64,000 nucleotides of DNA from Thermoplasmata archaeon (GTDB taxonomy: Archaea; Thermoplasmatota; Thermoplasmata; Thermoplasmatales; GCA-001856825), in contig JAJYUZ010000001.1 in NCBI GenBank assembly GCA_021792255.1, forward strand, positions 288,001 through 352,000, given 5' to 3'. A program made the position numbers and the translations under genes. A model generated the notes under the pieces. That model saw only the letters and a list, made by a program, of their open reading frames with translations. It made no database searches and was not told the DNA's origin. Of the stretch, positions 19,129-29,624 are shown piece by piece. The stretch's first letter is position 1. Each line of letters begins with the position of its first letter.

Positions 19129-20330
19129 TCTTGTCCACCCATTTCTTCCTGAATTCTTACGAGTTCATTTAATTTTGCTATCCTCTCTCCACCTACAGTT
19201 CCGGTCTTCAGATAGTCAGCGCCTATTGCGACGGCGAGGTGGGATATGAAATAATCTGTCGTCTCTCCAGACCTGTGGGAGACCACGACACTCATTCCGT
19301 TGTCTTTAGCTAGTCTCCAAGTCTTGAGCAGTCTTGAAAGCGTGCCGACTTGGTTTGGCTTGAGCAGAATTGCATTGCTAGATTTCTTCTTGATCCCTTC
19401 CTGAAGCCTCTGGTAACTGGACGTGTAGATATCGTCACCGATAATGATAGCCCTGTCTCCGACCCTCTTCGTCAGCTCCGCAAAACTCTCAAAGTCGTTC
19501 TCATCGAAAGGGTCCTCTATGATTGTATACCCTCTGTCCTTTACTATTCCCTCGACAAAATCCACTTGCTCCTCTCTCGTCAGCTTACCGTTTCTGTAAA
19601 TGTAGTGACCCTTTTCGTAGAAGTTGGATGCAGCGAGGTCCATTCCATTTTCAATAGTGAGGCCAGTCTTGTCCGAAATTTCGTCCGCGACTTCTTTCAC
19701 CATTGTAATGACTTTTTCGTCATCAAACGGCAGAACCCACGCCTTTTCGTCACCCATTCCTACCGGAATGTCGAGTTCCTTAGATGCTCTCTCTTTGATC
19801 CTTTTATGGACCAGTGAATTGGTCCTGATGGCATCATAAACGTGATTAGAATGAGATGCTATGAGGAATTCCTGGATCGTTGTTCCATTGACTGCGTGTT
19901 TTCCCCCACCAACTACATTTCCTAGAGGAACCGTCATCTTCGAATTGAGTCCCCCGAGATATCTGAATATGGGAATCCCCAGTTCATCAGAGGATGCAAA
20001 GGCATTAGCGAGCGAAATGGCAACGGCCAGATTGCCGCCTATCGAAGAAAAATTGTCCGTGCCATCAATGTCTTCCAGAAATCTGTCAAATGATTCCTGC
20101 TCACCTGATTCCAGACCGATAATTTTCCTGGAGATTTCTGATCTGAAGATCTTTACCGCCTGATCTACCCCTCCTTCTGGATAGTCCTTCACTTCGTTTG
20201 CTCCCTTAGAAGCTCCACTGGGTGCGGCAGAGATCCCGTGACCATACTCAGTGAATATTTCGACTTCCACCGTTTCGTTACCTCTGGAGTCGAGAATCTT
20301 TCGAATCTTGGAATCCACTATCCCGGACAT
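19125..20330 (-). CDS. eno: Enolase (phosphopyruvate hydratase)
   Basis: ILDSRGNETVEVE, PSGAS, IQEF, IEDPF, GDD, LLKPNQVGT, SHRSGET. Confidence 0.96.
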   Translation of the reverse strand: MSGIVDSKIRKILDSRGNETVEVEIFTEYGHGISAAPSGASKGANEVKDYPEGGVDQAVKIFRSEISRKIIGLESGEQESFDRFLEDIDGTDNFSSIGGNLAVAISLANAFASSDELGIPIFRYLGGLNSKMTVPLGNVVGGGKHAVNGTTIQEFLIASHSNHVYDAIRTNSLVHKRIKERASKELDIPVGMGDEKAWVLPFDDEKVITMVKEVADEISDKTGLTIENGMDLAASNFYEKGHYIYRNGKLTREEQVDFVEGIVKDRGYTIIEDPFDENDFESFAELTKRVGDRAIIIGDDIYTSSYQRLQEGIKKKSSNAILLKPNQVGTLSRLLKTWRLAKDNGMSVVVSHRSGETTDYFISHLAVAIGADYLKTGTVGGERIAKLNELVRIQEEMGGQE

Positions 20331-22985
20331 TTAATCCGCCCCTTTACTCAAGGTGTTGGCCTGTGCTGCAGCCAGGATCGCTATGGGCACTCTATAGGGT
20401 GAGGCCGACACATACTTAAGCCCAATCTTGTGACAGAACTTTACGGAATCAGGATCCCCACCGTGCTCTCCACATATTCCTACTTCAATATCCGGTCTTG
20501 ACTTCACTCCCCGCTCAAAACAAATCTTCATCAGTTCTCCGACTCCGTTCTTGTCTAGTGACTCGAACGGATTCGACTTGAAAATTCCGTATTCAAGATA
20601 TTTTGGAAGGAAAGTCGCTTCCACGTCATCCCTCGAAAATCCAAAGGTCATCTGCGTAAGATCATTGGTTCCGAAGCTGAAAAATTCAGCGACTTCTGCG
20701 ATCTCTCCTGCAGTCAGCGCGCCTCTTGGGGTCTCAATCATCGTCCCGAACTTGTACTTCAGATTCTTCCCTTTCAGTTCCTCATCTATTACTTTCTGGA
20801 GCCTTTCGTGAACTAGCTTTAGTTCCTTCACTTCTATCGTAAGGGGAATCATTATCTCCGGAATGACCGTCTTTCCTTCCTCTTTGACTTTTAGTGCCGC
20901 CCTTATGATTGCCCTTGTTTGCATTTCATATATCTCTGGATAAACTATACCGACTCTTATTCCTCTGAACCCGATCATTGGGTTGAACTCGCTCAGAGAG
21001 TTGACCCTCCTCAGTAATTCTTCCTCCTCTTTCAGTTTCTTTTCATTTTCTGCACTCTTCCTCTCGTGTTTTATTTCTGCTATATCCACCATTAGCTCTT
21101 CCTTTTTCGGGAGGAATTCGTGGAGGGGAGGATCCAGAAGTCTTATTATGACCGGATACCCATCCATTGTCCTGAAGAATTCGACAAAATCGTTGTATTG
21201 GAGGGGAAGAAGTTTGTCGAGGAGTGCAACCCTCTCTTCCAAGCTGTCACTCATGATCATCTCACGCATTATCGGAATCCTTTCCGCACCTAGGAACATC
21301 CTTTCTGTCCTTGCCAATCCAATCCCTTCAGCCCCATTCTTCCTCGCGAGGATCGCTTCCTCGGGAGTGTTTGCATTAGCGAGCACCCCTAGTCTCTTTA
21401 CCTTCCTGCACAGGTCCATGAATTCTTGAAACTCTCTTCCCATCTCAGGAATAGTCAGAGGCACCGTTCCCTTGAACACCAATCCCGTCGTACCGTCGAC
21501 AGTCACCTCTTGGTGTTCCCACATCAGTTCTTGCTTAAAATTCACAGCCCTCTTGTCCAAGTCTATTTTGAGATCATCGGAACCAACTATTGCTGGCTTG
21601 CCCATCGCTCGTGCAACGACCGCAGCGTGAGAAGTCATTCCTCCTCTCGCAGTCAGTACCGCTTCAGATACCGCAATCCCGTGCACATCGTCTGCGAGAG
21701 TCTCGTTCCTGACCAACACGACTTTTTCTCCTTTCTCGTTCATCTTGACCGCTTCGTCTGGATCAAGCACGATCTTCCCTGCACCCGCTCCAGGACTAGC
21801 GGCGAGCCCCTTCGCTATGGGGGACCCCGCTCTCTTGGAATCCACTTGAGGGTGAAGCAGCTGATTCAGTTGCTCCGGTTGGACCATGTTGACCGCCTCC
21901 GTGTCCGTCACTTTCCCTTCTTTCCTAAGATCCAATGCAATCCTGATGGCCGCCATAGCACTCCTCTTTGCAGCCCTCGTTTGAAGGAGGTAAAAAGTTC
22001 CGTCCTGAATCGTAAATTCGATGTCCTGCACATCCTTGTAGTGTTCTTCGAGTATGTCGGCAGACTTCTTGAGTTCGACATAAGCGTGAGGGATTTCGTT
22101 TCTCAGTTTGTCGACCGAGGAGGGAGTTCTTATTCCTGCAACCACGTCTTCCCCCTGAGCGTTTATGAGGTACTCTCCATAGAGCTTCTTTTCTCCCGTG
22201 TTCGGATCTCTGGTGAATGCGACCCCAGTCGCCGAGTTGGGTCCGAGGTTCCCATAAATCATCGCTACTACGGAAACCGCAGTTCCTAAGGAATCTGGAA
22301 TGTTGTTGATCTTTCTGTAGACGATCGCCCTCTCGTTTTTCCACGAATCGAAAACGGCGTTGACTGCAAGCTCGAGTTGCTTGTATGGATCGCTGGGCAA
22401 CTCCTTTCCAGACGACTTGATTATCTGCTTGAAATCTCCGACAATCTCCTTCCAGTCCTTCTCCCCTAGTTCGAAGTCGTTTTGAACGTTGAGACTACTC
22501 TTCTTTCGTTCAATGACTTCATCGAACTTCCTTCCGTTAAGTCCCAGCACTATCCTTCCGAACATCTGGATGAATCTTCTGTAAGAATCCCAGGCAAACC
22601 TTGGATTGTTGGTTTCTTTGGAAAACAACTCGACGTTCTGGTCATTCAGTCCCAAATTCAGGACCGTATCCAGCATTCCTGGCATGCTTACTGGGGCACC
22701 AGACCTTACTGACACGAGCATGATCTTTGGAGCACCCCCGAAGATCCTACCCGTTTTGGCTTCGAGATTTTTCACCGATTGAACCACTCTCTCCCACAGT
22801 CCGGCTGGGAGCTTGTTGTTCTTGAAGTAGTAATTGCATACCTCAGTAGTGATAGTGAATCCGGGAGGAGTTCTTAACCCAATTCTGGTCATTTCGGCCA
22901 GACCAGCTCCCTTTCCGCCAAGAAGATTTTTCATGTCCTTTGAGCCTTCTTCGAAACTGTAAATGTACTTGGGTTCAGTAGACAT
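20331..22985 (-). CDS. ppdK: Pyruvate phosphate dikinase
   Basis: LLGGKGAGLAEM, SVRSGAPVSMPGMLDTVLNLG, phospho-His GGMTSHAAVVAR, FFSFGTNDLTQMT, ICGEHGGDP. ATG 22985 is preferred over the track start at 23006. Confidence 0.97.
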   Translation of the reverse strand: MSTEPKYIYSFEEGSKDMKNLLGGKGAGLAEMTRIGLRTPPGFTITTEVCNYYFKNNKLPAGLWERVVQSVKNLEAKTGRIFGGAPKIMLVSVRSGAPVSMPGMLDTVLNLGLNDQNVELFSKETNNPRFAWDSYRRFIQMFGRIVLGLNGRKFDEVIERKKSSLNVQNDFELGEKDWKEIVGDFKQIIKSSGKELPSDPYKQLELAVNAVFDSWKNERAIVYRKINNIPDSLGTAVSVVAMIYGNLGPNSATGVAFTRDPNTGEKKLYGEYLINAQGEDVVAGIRTPSSVDKLRNEIPHAYVELKKSADILEEHYKDVQDIEFTIQDGTFYLLQTRAAKRSAMAAIRIALDLRKEGKVTDTEAVNMVQPEQLNQLLHPQVDSKRAGSPIAKGLAASPGAGAGKIVLDPDEAVKMNEKGEKVVLVRNETLADDVHGIAVSEAVLTARGGMTSHAAVVARAMGKPAIVGSDDLKIDLDKRAVNFKQELMWEHQEVTVDGTTGLVFKGTVPLTIPEMGREFQEFMDLCRKVKRLGVLANANTPEEAILARKNGAEGIGLARTERMFLGAERIPIMREMIMSDSLEERVALLDKLLPLQYNDFVEFFRTMDGYPVIIRLLDPPLHEFLPKKEELMVDIAEIKHERKSAENEKKLKEEEELLRRVNSLSEFNPMIGFRGIRVGIVYPEIYEMQTRAIIRAALKVKEEGKTVIPEIMIPLTIEVKELKLVHERLQKVIDEELKGKNLKYKFGTMIETPRGALTAGEIAEVAEFFSFGTNDLTQMTFGFSRDDVEATFLPKYLEYGIFKSNPFESLDKNGVGELMKICFERGVKSRPDIEVGICGEHGGDPDSVKFCHKIGLKYVSASPYRVPIAILAAAQANTLSKGAD

Positions 22986-23101
22986 ATTCCAGTATACGAG
23001 TTCCAATTTTAATATTTACGTTGAGAATCGCTCTAAGTAAAGGGCATCTGAATGCATCCAATTAAAATTTCGTAAAAAAGACGATATTCCAGCGGCAACC
23101 A

Positions 23102-24340
23102 TCAACTGTATCTCAGTATTGCACCGATACCGCCAAACGAATTTAAGAACAATGCACCCTCGTCCGATTCGTCACCTACAAGTTCAATCTTTGAATCGCT
23201 GCTCTGTCCCTTTTCGATGTACTCCTCTATCAGGTCTGTCTGAGCAATCATCACCATTGGTTTCCCGCACTTGGGGCAAAGATGTTCCTTTTCCTCCTGT
23301 GAGATCTCTGACAACTCTGTTCCGTCGTCCTCGCACCTGTACGTAAACTTCATTTTCCTGAGTCCCTTGGATATGATCAGAGTGTCGACCCTTCCTTGGT
23401 TCAGAACGTTTGAGACTTCCTTGTCCCCATACGCCGCCAGTCCTGTCCCTTTCTTTATTTCAACGAGCAACCTTTCTATTATCTTCTTCTCCTTCGCAAT
23501 CTCGAGGCTGTTGAGAGTTTGGGACGCCTTGTCTACTAGTTCCTTCAGGCCGTATTCATTAGTGTAACCCACGTCATAAAGATCTACAACCTTCTCTTGA
23601 ATCTGGTACTGAAGATAGCTGTGTTTGTAAAAGAAATCCTTGGTCGAACCAGGGCCCCCGATCAAGACTCCTTTTAATCCCTGCTCTCTAAGAAAGGCTG
23701 TTGAGGCCAACTCGCCTATTTTGGTGAAAAATTCGTGAGCTGCAAGCTCTATTAACCTCTCGTACCTTCTCGAGCTCTGACCACCCTGGTGATGCTTGCT
23801 AGGAACCTGAGAATCCTTGTTTTCTATTACCTCGATTCTTGAACCCCTGAGAACCCCTACCGTAGCCTCCGCTCTATCAATGACTATCAGTCCATAGACC
23901 TCCTTCTTCTCCAGCATAGGAAGGATCGGATCGAGATAGAATTTTGAATCGCACCTGTAGAGGAAACTTGTTACGGATTGAGGGGGCTCTATGAAGTAAG
24001 AGACCATGTCGCTCTTATCGCCTCTTGTAGGTACGTATCCTACGAAAATTGCTAGTCCATGCTCTGGAGGCTTTCTGTAGTACTTGAGCTTGCTCATTAT
24101 GCTTTCAATAGCAGTTGTTACGTTCTTTCTGGTCGTCTTACTTTTGATATTGCTAGAAGTGGAGTACTCATCCCTGAGATAAGCAACGACGTCACTGATC
24201 TGCCTCTCCGGGGGAACGTAAACGGATATAAGCTCAGTGCCTCTTCCTTCTAATTTTTTGATCTGATCTACGTACTTTTTAAACTGATATTCCTTTAAAG
24301 ACTTTTCAATATCTCTCTTGTTCTGTTCAAGTTCAGACAT
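23102..24340 (-). CDS. prf1: Peptide chain release factor aRF1
   Basis: GRGTELISVY, NIKS, YRCDSKF, GGQSSRRY, and a C-terminal zinc-ribbon insertion. Confidence 0.97.
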   Translation of the reverse strand: MSELEQNKRDIEKSLKEYQFKKYVDQIKKLEGRGTELISVYVPPERQISDVVAYLRDEYSTSSNIKSKTTRKNVTTAIESIMSKLKYYRKPPEHGLAIFVGYVPTRGDKSDMVSYFIEPPQSVTSFLYRCDSKFYLDPILPMLEKKEVYGLIVIDRAEATVGVLRGSRIEVIENKDSQVPSKHHQGGQSSRRYERLIELAAHEFFTKIGELASTAFLREQGLKGVLIGGPGSTKDFFYKHSYLQYQIQEKVVDLYDVGYTNEYGLKELVDKASQTLNSLEIAKEKKIIERLLVEIKKGTGLAAYGDKEVSNVLNQGRVDTLIISKGLRKMKFTYRCEDDGTELSEISQEEKEHLCPKCGKPMVMIAQTDLIEEYIEKGQSSDSKIELVGDESDEGALFLNSFGGIGAILRYS

Positions 24341-24349
24341 CTTTCTCCG

Positions 24350-25120
24350 TCAGCTGGTCGCATTAGCCTGTTGTGTCTGTTCCACCTTCTTCTCTTCTTC
24401 CTTCTTTTCTTCAGCTCTCTTTTCGAAAATTTCTTTGAAAATGACGGTTTTATTGGCAACGTACTCTCTTATCGCACCGACTATTGCAAATTTCGCTAGT
24501 GGCCACGAATCGTCTATCTTGGCTGAATCTGGAATTGTTATCGTTATCTGATCTCCCGTCTCGATGTTGAATTTGTCGTTGTCTTTCGTAAAATTGATTT
24601 CGATTATCGCTGCTATCTTTTTCTCTTCCCCATCAATTTTCTCCAGGACCTTATAACTGTACTTTATCGTTTTACCAGCGAGTGGATGATTAAAATCTAC
24701 TACTACCCTTCCAGCCGTTACGGTAAGTATCTTTCCATATTTGTCCCCGATTCTTACCATCTTTCCTGGTTCGGCAAAAACGTCTTTTCCGCTCCTTCCT
24801 GCTCTTTTCTCTTCTTCGATAAGAGACCTTTCCACCTCTCGGTAAGAGCTGACTCGGACGTTGTTTGTATCTCTTACGCCGAATGCCTTTTCCGGGGAGA
24901 GCGATATCTCTTTTTCCTCTCCGACGTTCGCCTTTTCAATATCATCTTCTAGGTCTTTCAACAGTCTGCCAGATCCTAATATTGTAACGATTGGTTTATA
25001 GGAGGAGTGTTCGTCATAGATTCCATTATCTTTTGCTTTCTTTTCATCCGTGGTTTCAACTAACTTGCTATCATCAGTGTAGGTATCGAATTGCAATTTT
25101 ATGATGTCCCCTTTTTCCAT
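24350..25120 (-). CDS. Long-type archaeal FKBP peptidyl-prolyl isomerase (SlyD-like)
   Basis: ETTDEKKAK, LSPEKAFG, GRVVVDFNHPLAGKTI. Confidence 0.93.
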   Translation of the reverse strand: MEKGDIIKLQFDTYTDDSKLVETTDEKKAKDNGIYDEHSSYKPIVTILGSGRLLKDLEDDIEKANVGEEKEISLSPEKAFGVRDTNNVRVSSYREVERSLIEEEKRAGRSGKDVFAEPGKMVRIGDKYGKILTVTAGRVVVDFNHPLAGKTIKYSYKVLEKIDGEEKKIAAIIEINFTKDNDKFNIETGDQITITIPDSAKIDDSWPLAKFAIVGAIREYVANKTVIFKEIFEKRAEEKKEEEKKVEQTQQANATS

Positions 25121-25370
25121 TTATCCCACTCTTTCATCCATAACAATCAAAACTATAAAAAGGCTAGGAACGTCTACAAACTCAAATTCTTCCACGACTT
25201 TCCTCTTTTGAGGTAACTTTTGCAGCAAATTCAATTCATTTAGTACCAGTAGAATAAATGGAGTGATTAGGAGGGCATAATAAGCACCGGATTTAGTTAA
25301 CCTCTTGACAATAGGAAGAAAACTTCTGGAGTGGCCTATTTTTATTTACTACCTCGCAATTACTCTCATT

Positions 25371-25443
25371 AGCCCCGTGGTGTAGTGGCCAAGCATAGCG
25401 GGCTCTGGACCCGTTGACAGCAGTTCGAATCTGCTCGGGGCTA
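25371..25443 (+). tRNA. tRNA-Gln (anticodon CTG), no encoded CCA
   Basis: Acceptor stem agccccg/cggggct; D arm gtgtagtggccaagcat; anticodon arm gcggg-ctCTGga-cccgt; T arm agcag-ttcgaat-ctgct; A1-U72 pair typical of archaeal tRNA-Gln. Confidence 0.95.
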
Positions 25444-25558
25444 CTTGTTCAGCCGAAATGGATTGTTTCTGATATCTTCGGACCTTTTTAGAAACAGTTT
25501 AGATTGAGATTTTTGAATTCCTTCTCATTTTGTCCGAGAGCTTGAGAAACACCACAAA

Positions 25559-26667
25559 TCATGTTGGATATAAGATGTCCCATGAATTGTTCCAAGTCTC
25601 CTGAGAATAACCGTAAACGTTCGTATCGTAAGTTCCGAGTTGCATAACGTAAGAAGAATCAACGTTATTATTCTCATAAGGATCTTCAACCATATCATAG
25701 ACATTGTACCAGGTAAGATTGTGAAGAGTAGTAAGATATACAGTTTGATAAGAGCCGCCAGGACCTGCACTGTATATAGTTCCTCCCTCAAAACTTATGG
25801 AGGTATTAAATTCGGGAATTTGTTGTGTGAGAATAAGACTATCATCACTGTAAACAAAATTTCCAGCTTGAACTATTGTTGCGGTATAATAACCATGCTT
25901 GAAGAGATATTGCCATAATAGGCGTGACAATTGTTGTAGTCATATATTGTGGTATACCACGTTCCGCTTATCTTCTGTATGTTCAAGGAAAGTATGTTTC
26001 CGAACTGTATTGGGTAAGTTTGCTGCCCTTGATAAAAGTCCATTGCACTGGGATAGTGCTCATTCCATAAGAAAAGATGGTGAGGAAAAACTGTACTATT
26101 ATTGTCTGTCCATCCATATCCTGCTTGAATCATTTGATCTCCTCCTGCAGATTGGTCTTCAAGTCCGATTCAGGTTATTCCAAATCGATAGTAATTTTGA
26201 TAAACACCATCAGAATCATAGACATGATTTATCCTTTGGTTTGAAGGAGGTTCCGTAAAGTGAACCACGTTAACGTTGGCTGAGGCCGCACTTATTGAAT
26301 CCGCTATTCCAGTGTAAACATCATAGTATTCATAGTCTGCAGCTGTTTCAGAGTCTCCACCATACGTACTCAGTTTTTTGACTTGTTCTGAGCTGTGGCT
26401 AGAGCTAGCATCGTATAGAGGGCCACTATAATATATGGGGTACTCAGTAAGTTCAGGCCCCACTACTTGGTTAGAAGTAGTATTCAGCGCCCATGTATAA
26501 GTCGATAGGGTTGTAGCGGTAGCTGAACTAAGCGAAAAATAAGCAAGAATAGAAATGGCTCCCACAAACTGGGCCCCCAAATCTACTTGTAATGTCGAAT
26601 TTCCGAAGAGAGATTCAATATCAGCAACCGAAGTCGAATTAACAAGAGATTTATATTCTCCTACCAT
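25559..26667 (-). pseudogene. Fragmented secreted protein resembling G1/A4 (eqolisin-type) glutamic peptidase
   Basis: ORFs 26170-26667 and 25873-26133 share a frame and read FGIT*IGLEDQSAGGDQMIQAGYGW...LWNEHYP, with TGA in place of the W of 'W-I/V-G-L'. A frameshift near 25910 leads into YTATIVQAG...IPEF. Further stops lie upstream. Confidence 0.6.
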
Positions 26668-26961
26668 TTGAGATAAAACATCAGTTTCATTTTCCGAATG
26701 CTATTGTGAATGCTGTGCGAAACTGCGGTACAGTGAAGCTGAGTGAGGACCGGTGATGGTCTTTGTCTGTAACTGAGCTAGAACACAAATAAACTATTTG
26801 TGAATCGGTAATAAGTCAAATTGTGTTATCAACCCAAAATCAACAACTATGCCTGTACATCCAATAGTTAACAGAACTTAACGTTGATCAAGATCCAACA
26901 TTGAAATTGGTCTAAAAATCGAAGTTTTTGCTGGTTCTGAATTCTGTAGCATCATTTACGA

Positions 26962-28302
26962 TCAACTACCCTTGAGTATGCGTTTGGCCTCCGCAGTTAA
27001 TTTTCGGGGTATGTCCTCCCTTATTGCTTTAATCGAGCCAAGAGTTTTCTCAATTTCTTCCAGCTTTACATCTTCTAGAGCAATATAACTGTCCGGAGGA
27101 TATTCTCCAATTTGTTCTCCCCGTCGCAATTTGGTCCCGACAGTTCTGTAAGCGTCTTTCCATTTTAAGCCGCTTACGAAAAGGGAATAAGCCTCCATTG
27201 TAGAGTTCGTTGAATTCTCGATTGCCTGATGCGCCTTTATCTCATCAATCTTGATGCCAGCAAAGAACTCTTTCATTGCCTCAAGTATTTTAGCCACCGT
27301 CAGAGTCATTTCTATGGTCTCGTCTTTGGAAAGCTGAAATTCCCTGTGATACCCTGTACCTTTGTTCATATTTATTGAGATTGCCGTGACAAGTTTACCC
27401 AAGGCGTCGGATGCAAATCCCTGAATCATTTCCAAAAAATCTGGATTTTTCTTATTCGGCATCAGCGAACTTCCGGTAGTGAAACCCTTCGGAAACTCAA
27501 CGAATCCATTTTCACCGGAACTGAATCCGATCAAATCCTGGGCGAACCGTGAAAGAGCAGAAAGAATGCGTGCCACAATAAATGCTACTTCAGTGTCGTC
27601 AGCGGATCTATAAAATGAGCCATGTACAGGATTATCATATGCCTTTTCGAATCCGAGTTTCCTGGCTATTTTATCCAGATCAACGTGTAGGGGAGAGCCA
27701 TAGCCGGAACCGTATCCCAAAGGGGAGTGTTCCTTAAATTTGAGATAGAGTGTCAACGAGTCCTGAGAGAAATCAACAAGAACCAGACCGACATAGTCAA
27801 AATATGTCGCGAAAGCAACCGGCATGGCCTGCCTATAATGAGTATGTCCTGCCATGTATCCATTAGTTCCTGCGAGATTTTCTCTGATAACTCTGACATT
27901 TTCTAAAAGGAGGCTGGCAATTTCCAACAGCTTATCGAGATAGAAGGATCTGATATCGAAATGGCTCTGGTCGTTCCTGGAGAGGAATATCCTCAGGTTT
28001 TTTCCTGCTTCAGTCCTTTCATTAGCCAAGGTATCCACAAACGAATGAATATCTTCGAACTCTTCCTTCAATGCAGGTTTCTCCTTCAGCAGATCAAGAA
28101 GGGTCTGGATTATTTCTTTAGAGTCCTCTTTCGGGATGACGTGTTTTTTGAACAGCTCGATGTGATACGCAAGAAGTCCGTACAGTTCATAGTTCAGCAT
28201 AAAAGAGTCTATCTTGTTATCCTCTGCAGTCATCAAGGCTGACAGATCAGGCCCTCCAGAGTCCGAGGCACCTCCAGACCAGATTCGGTTTCCCGATTTC
28301 AT
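26962..28302 (-). CDS. argH: Argininosuccinate lyase
   Basis: EDIH, SRNDQ, GHTHYRQA, SPLGYG, TGSSLMPNKKNPDFLE; coupled to argG. Confidence 0.93.
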   Translation of the reverse strand: MKSGNRIWSGGASDSGGPDLSALMTAEDNKIDSFMLNYELYGLLAYHIELFKKHVIPKEDSKEIIQTLLDLLKEKPALKEEFEDIHSFVDTLANERTEAGKNLRIFLSRNDQSHFDIRSFYLDKLLEIASLLLENVRVIRENLAGTNGYMAGHTHYRQAMPVAFATYFDYVGLVLVDFSQDSLTLYLKFKEHSPLGYGSGYGSPLHVDLDKIARKLGFEKAYDNPVHGSFYRSADDTEVAFIVARILSALSRFAQDLIGFSSGENGFVEFPKGFTTGSSLMPNKKNPDFLEMIQGFASDALGKLVTAISINMNKGTGYHREFQLSKDETIEMTLTVAKILEAMKEFFAGIKIDEIKAHQAIENSTNSTMEAYSLFVSGLKWKDAYRTVGTKLRRGEQIGEYPPDSYIALEDVKLEEIEKTLGSIKAIREDIPRKLTAEAKRILKGS

Positions 28303-29522
28303 GCCTTCAATTCAACCTCAACACCGATTCCATTTCTTGCTTTCCTTGTCAGGATGGTTTCGTTGCCATATACGTAAATAAATCCTGGGGATTTGCTTTG
28401 ATCGAACGTCTGTCCTTTGCCATAGCTAGAAAACTCGATATTGTAAATTGAATTCTTGCTCTCTATACCAATCGGAATAATATTCCCCTTATACAGCTTG
28501 AGACTGACACTACCGTTGTAAGCGTGGTTTATACTCTTCTCAATATTGTTTATGTGGTCCATTACGGGATCAAACCATAGTCCCGAGTAGACAAAATCTG
28601 AGAAGTGGTTATCAATGGTTTTCTTTAGATCGAGTTCCTTCTTGTTAAGAACGGCATTTCCAAGATATTTGTGCGCCGTGATGAGAGTCACTGCTGCTGG
28701 GCACTCATAAAATTCGTGACTCTTTATCCCTACAACCCTGTCCTCTATGAGCTGAATACCTCCAACGCCATTGTCCCCTGAAAGTTTGTCTAACTCAATA
28801 ATCAAACTTTTCAGATCCATCTTCTTATTGTTCAGTGCAACGGGTATTCCATACTCAAAGTCAATCGACACTATGTCTGGATCGTCCTTTGCTTTTTCTG
28901 CAGGCTTCACCCACTGGTAAGCATCATCGGGAATACCCTGAGCAATGTCTTCAATAGAAGACCCTTCCACAGACCTCCCCCAGAGATTTTCATCCACCGA
29001 ATATTTCCCTCCATAGGGGATTTCGATACCATTCTTTATTGCATATTCGATTTCGTCATCCCGGTTCATGTTCATGTCTCTTACTGGTGCTATTACCTTG
29101 AGAGAATCATCGAGCGCCCTTATGGATACCTCGAAACGGACCTGATCGTTCCCTTTACCAGTGCTTCCATGTACAATTGTATCACAGTCAAGATCGTGGG
29201 CTATTTCTACTGCCTCCTTCGCCATCAATGGCCTGGCAAGACTAGTAGAGAGAGGATAAACCCCCTCATAAAGTGCGTCACTCATTATTCCCTTCGCTAC
29301 ATATTGGTTTGCAAATGTCTCAGTTACATCGCGAGTAATTGTCTCTCTCGCTCCAAGCCGCTTGGCTTTCTTTGCTATTTCTATAAGATTATTTTTCTCC
29401 TGACCGACATCAAGTGTCAAGGTTGAAACTTCGTATCCAAGTTTCTCTTGCAACCATTTTATCATGACCGAAGTGTCAAGCCCTCCGGAATATAACAGCA
29501 GTGCTTTTCCTTGCATGTTCAT
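28299..29522 (-). CDS. argG: Argininosuccinate synthase
   Basis: YSGGLDTS, HGSTGKGNDQVRFE, YSVDENLWGRSVEG, EDRVVGIKSHEFYECPAA. Confidence 0.97.
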   Translation of the reverse strand: MNMQGKALLLYSGGLDTSVMIKWLQEKLGYEVSTLTLDVGQEKNNLIEIAKKAKRLGARETITRDVTETFANQYVAKGIMSDALYEGVYPLSTSLARPLMAKEAVEIAHDLDCDTIVHGSTGKGNDQVRFEVSIRALDDSLKVIAPVRDMNMNRDDEIEYAIKNGIEIPYGGKYSVDENLWGRSVEGSSIEDIAQGIPDDAYQWVKPAEKAKDDPDIVSIDFEYGIPVALNNKKMDLKSLIIELDKLSGDNGVGGIQLIEDRVVGIKSHEFYECPAAVTLITAHKYLGNAVLNKKELDLKKTIDNHFSDFVYSGLWFDPVMDHINNIEKSINHAYNGSVSLKLYKGNIIPIGIESKNSIYNIEFSSYGKGQTFDQSKSPGFIYVYGNETILTRKARNGIGVEVELKA

Positions 29523-29543
29523 CTTGAATTAATAATGCGATAT

Positions 29544-29569
29544 AAATCTCGTTATCAAGAACGATATTT
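29544..29569. promoter_or_regulatory. Imperfect inverted repeat adjoining the argG TATA box; candidate operator
   Basis: aaatctcgtt-atcaag-aacgatattt has a 9/10 arm match. Minus-strand TTTATA is at 29546-29541. Confidence 0.45.
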
Positions 29570-29624
29570 CTGACATTAAATTTCACAATTATCATAAGGA
29601 AATGTTAATTTATACAATCAACAT

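Noticed and set aside
21426-22289. 287-aa plus-strand ORF and similar long antisense ORFs over eno, the ABC genes and pepA
   Set aside because: They are fully antisense to well-conserved genes and have no recognisable motifs.
18001-26172. In-frame TAA, TAG and TGA as evidence of stop-codon reassignment, Sec or Pyl
   Set aside because: Three different stops replace three different residues in dispensable genes, and all three codons terminate intact genes here. Ordinary nonsense decay is the simpler explanation.
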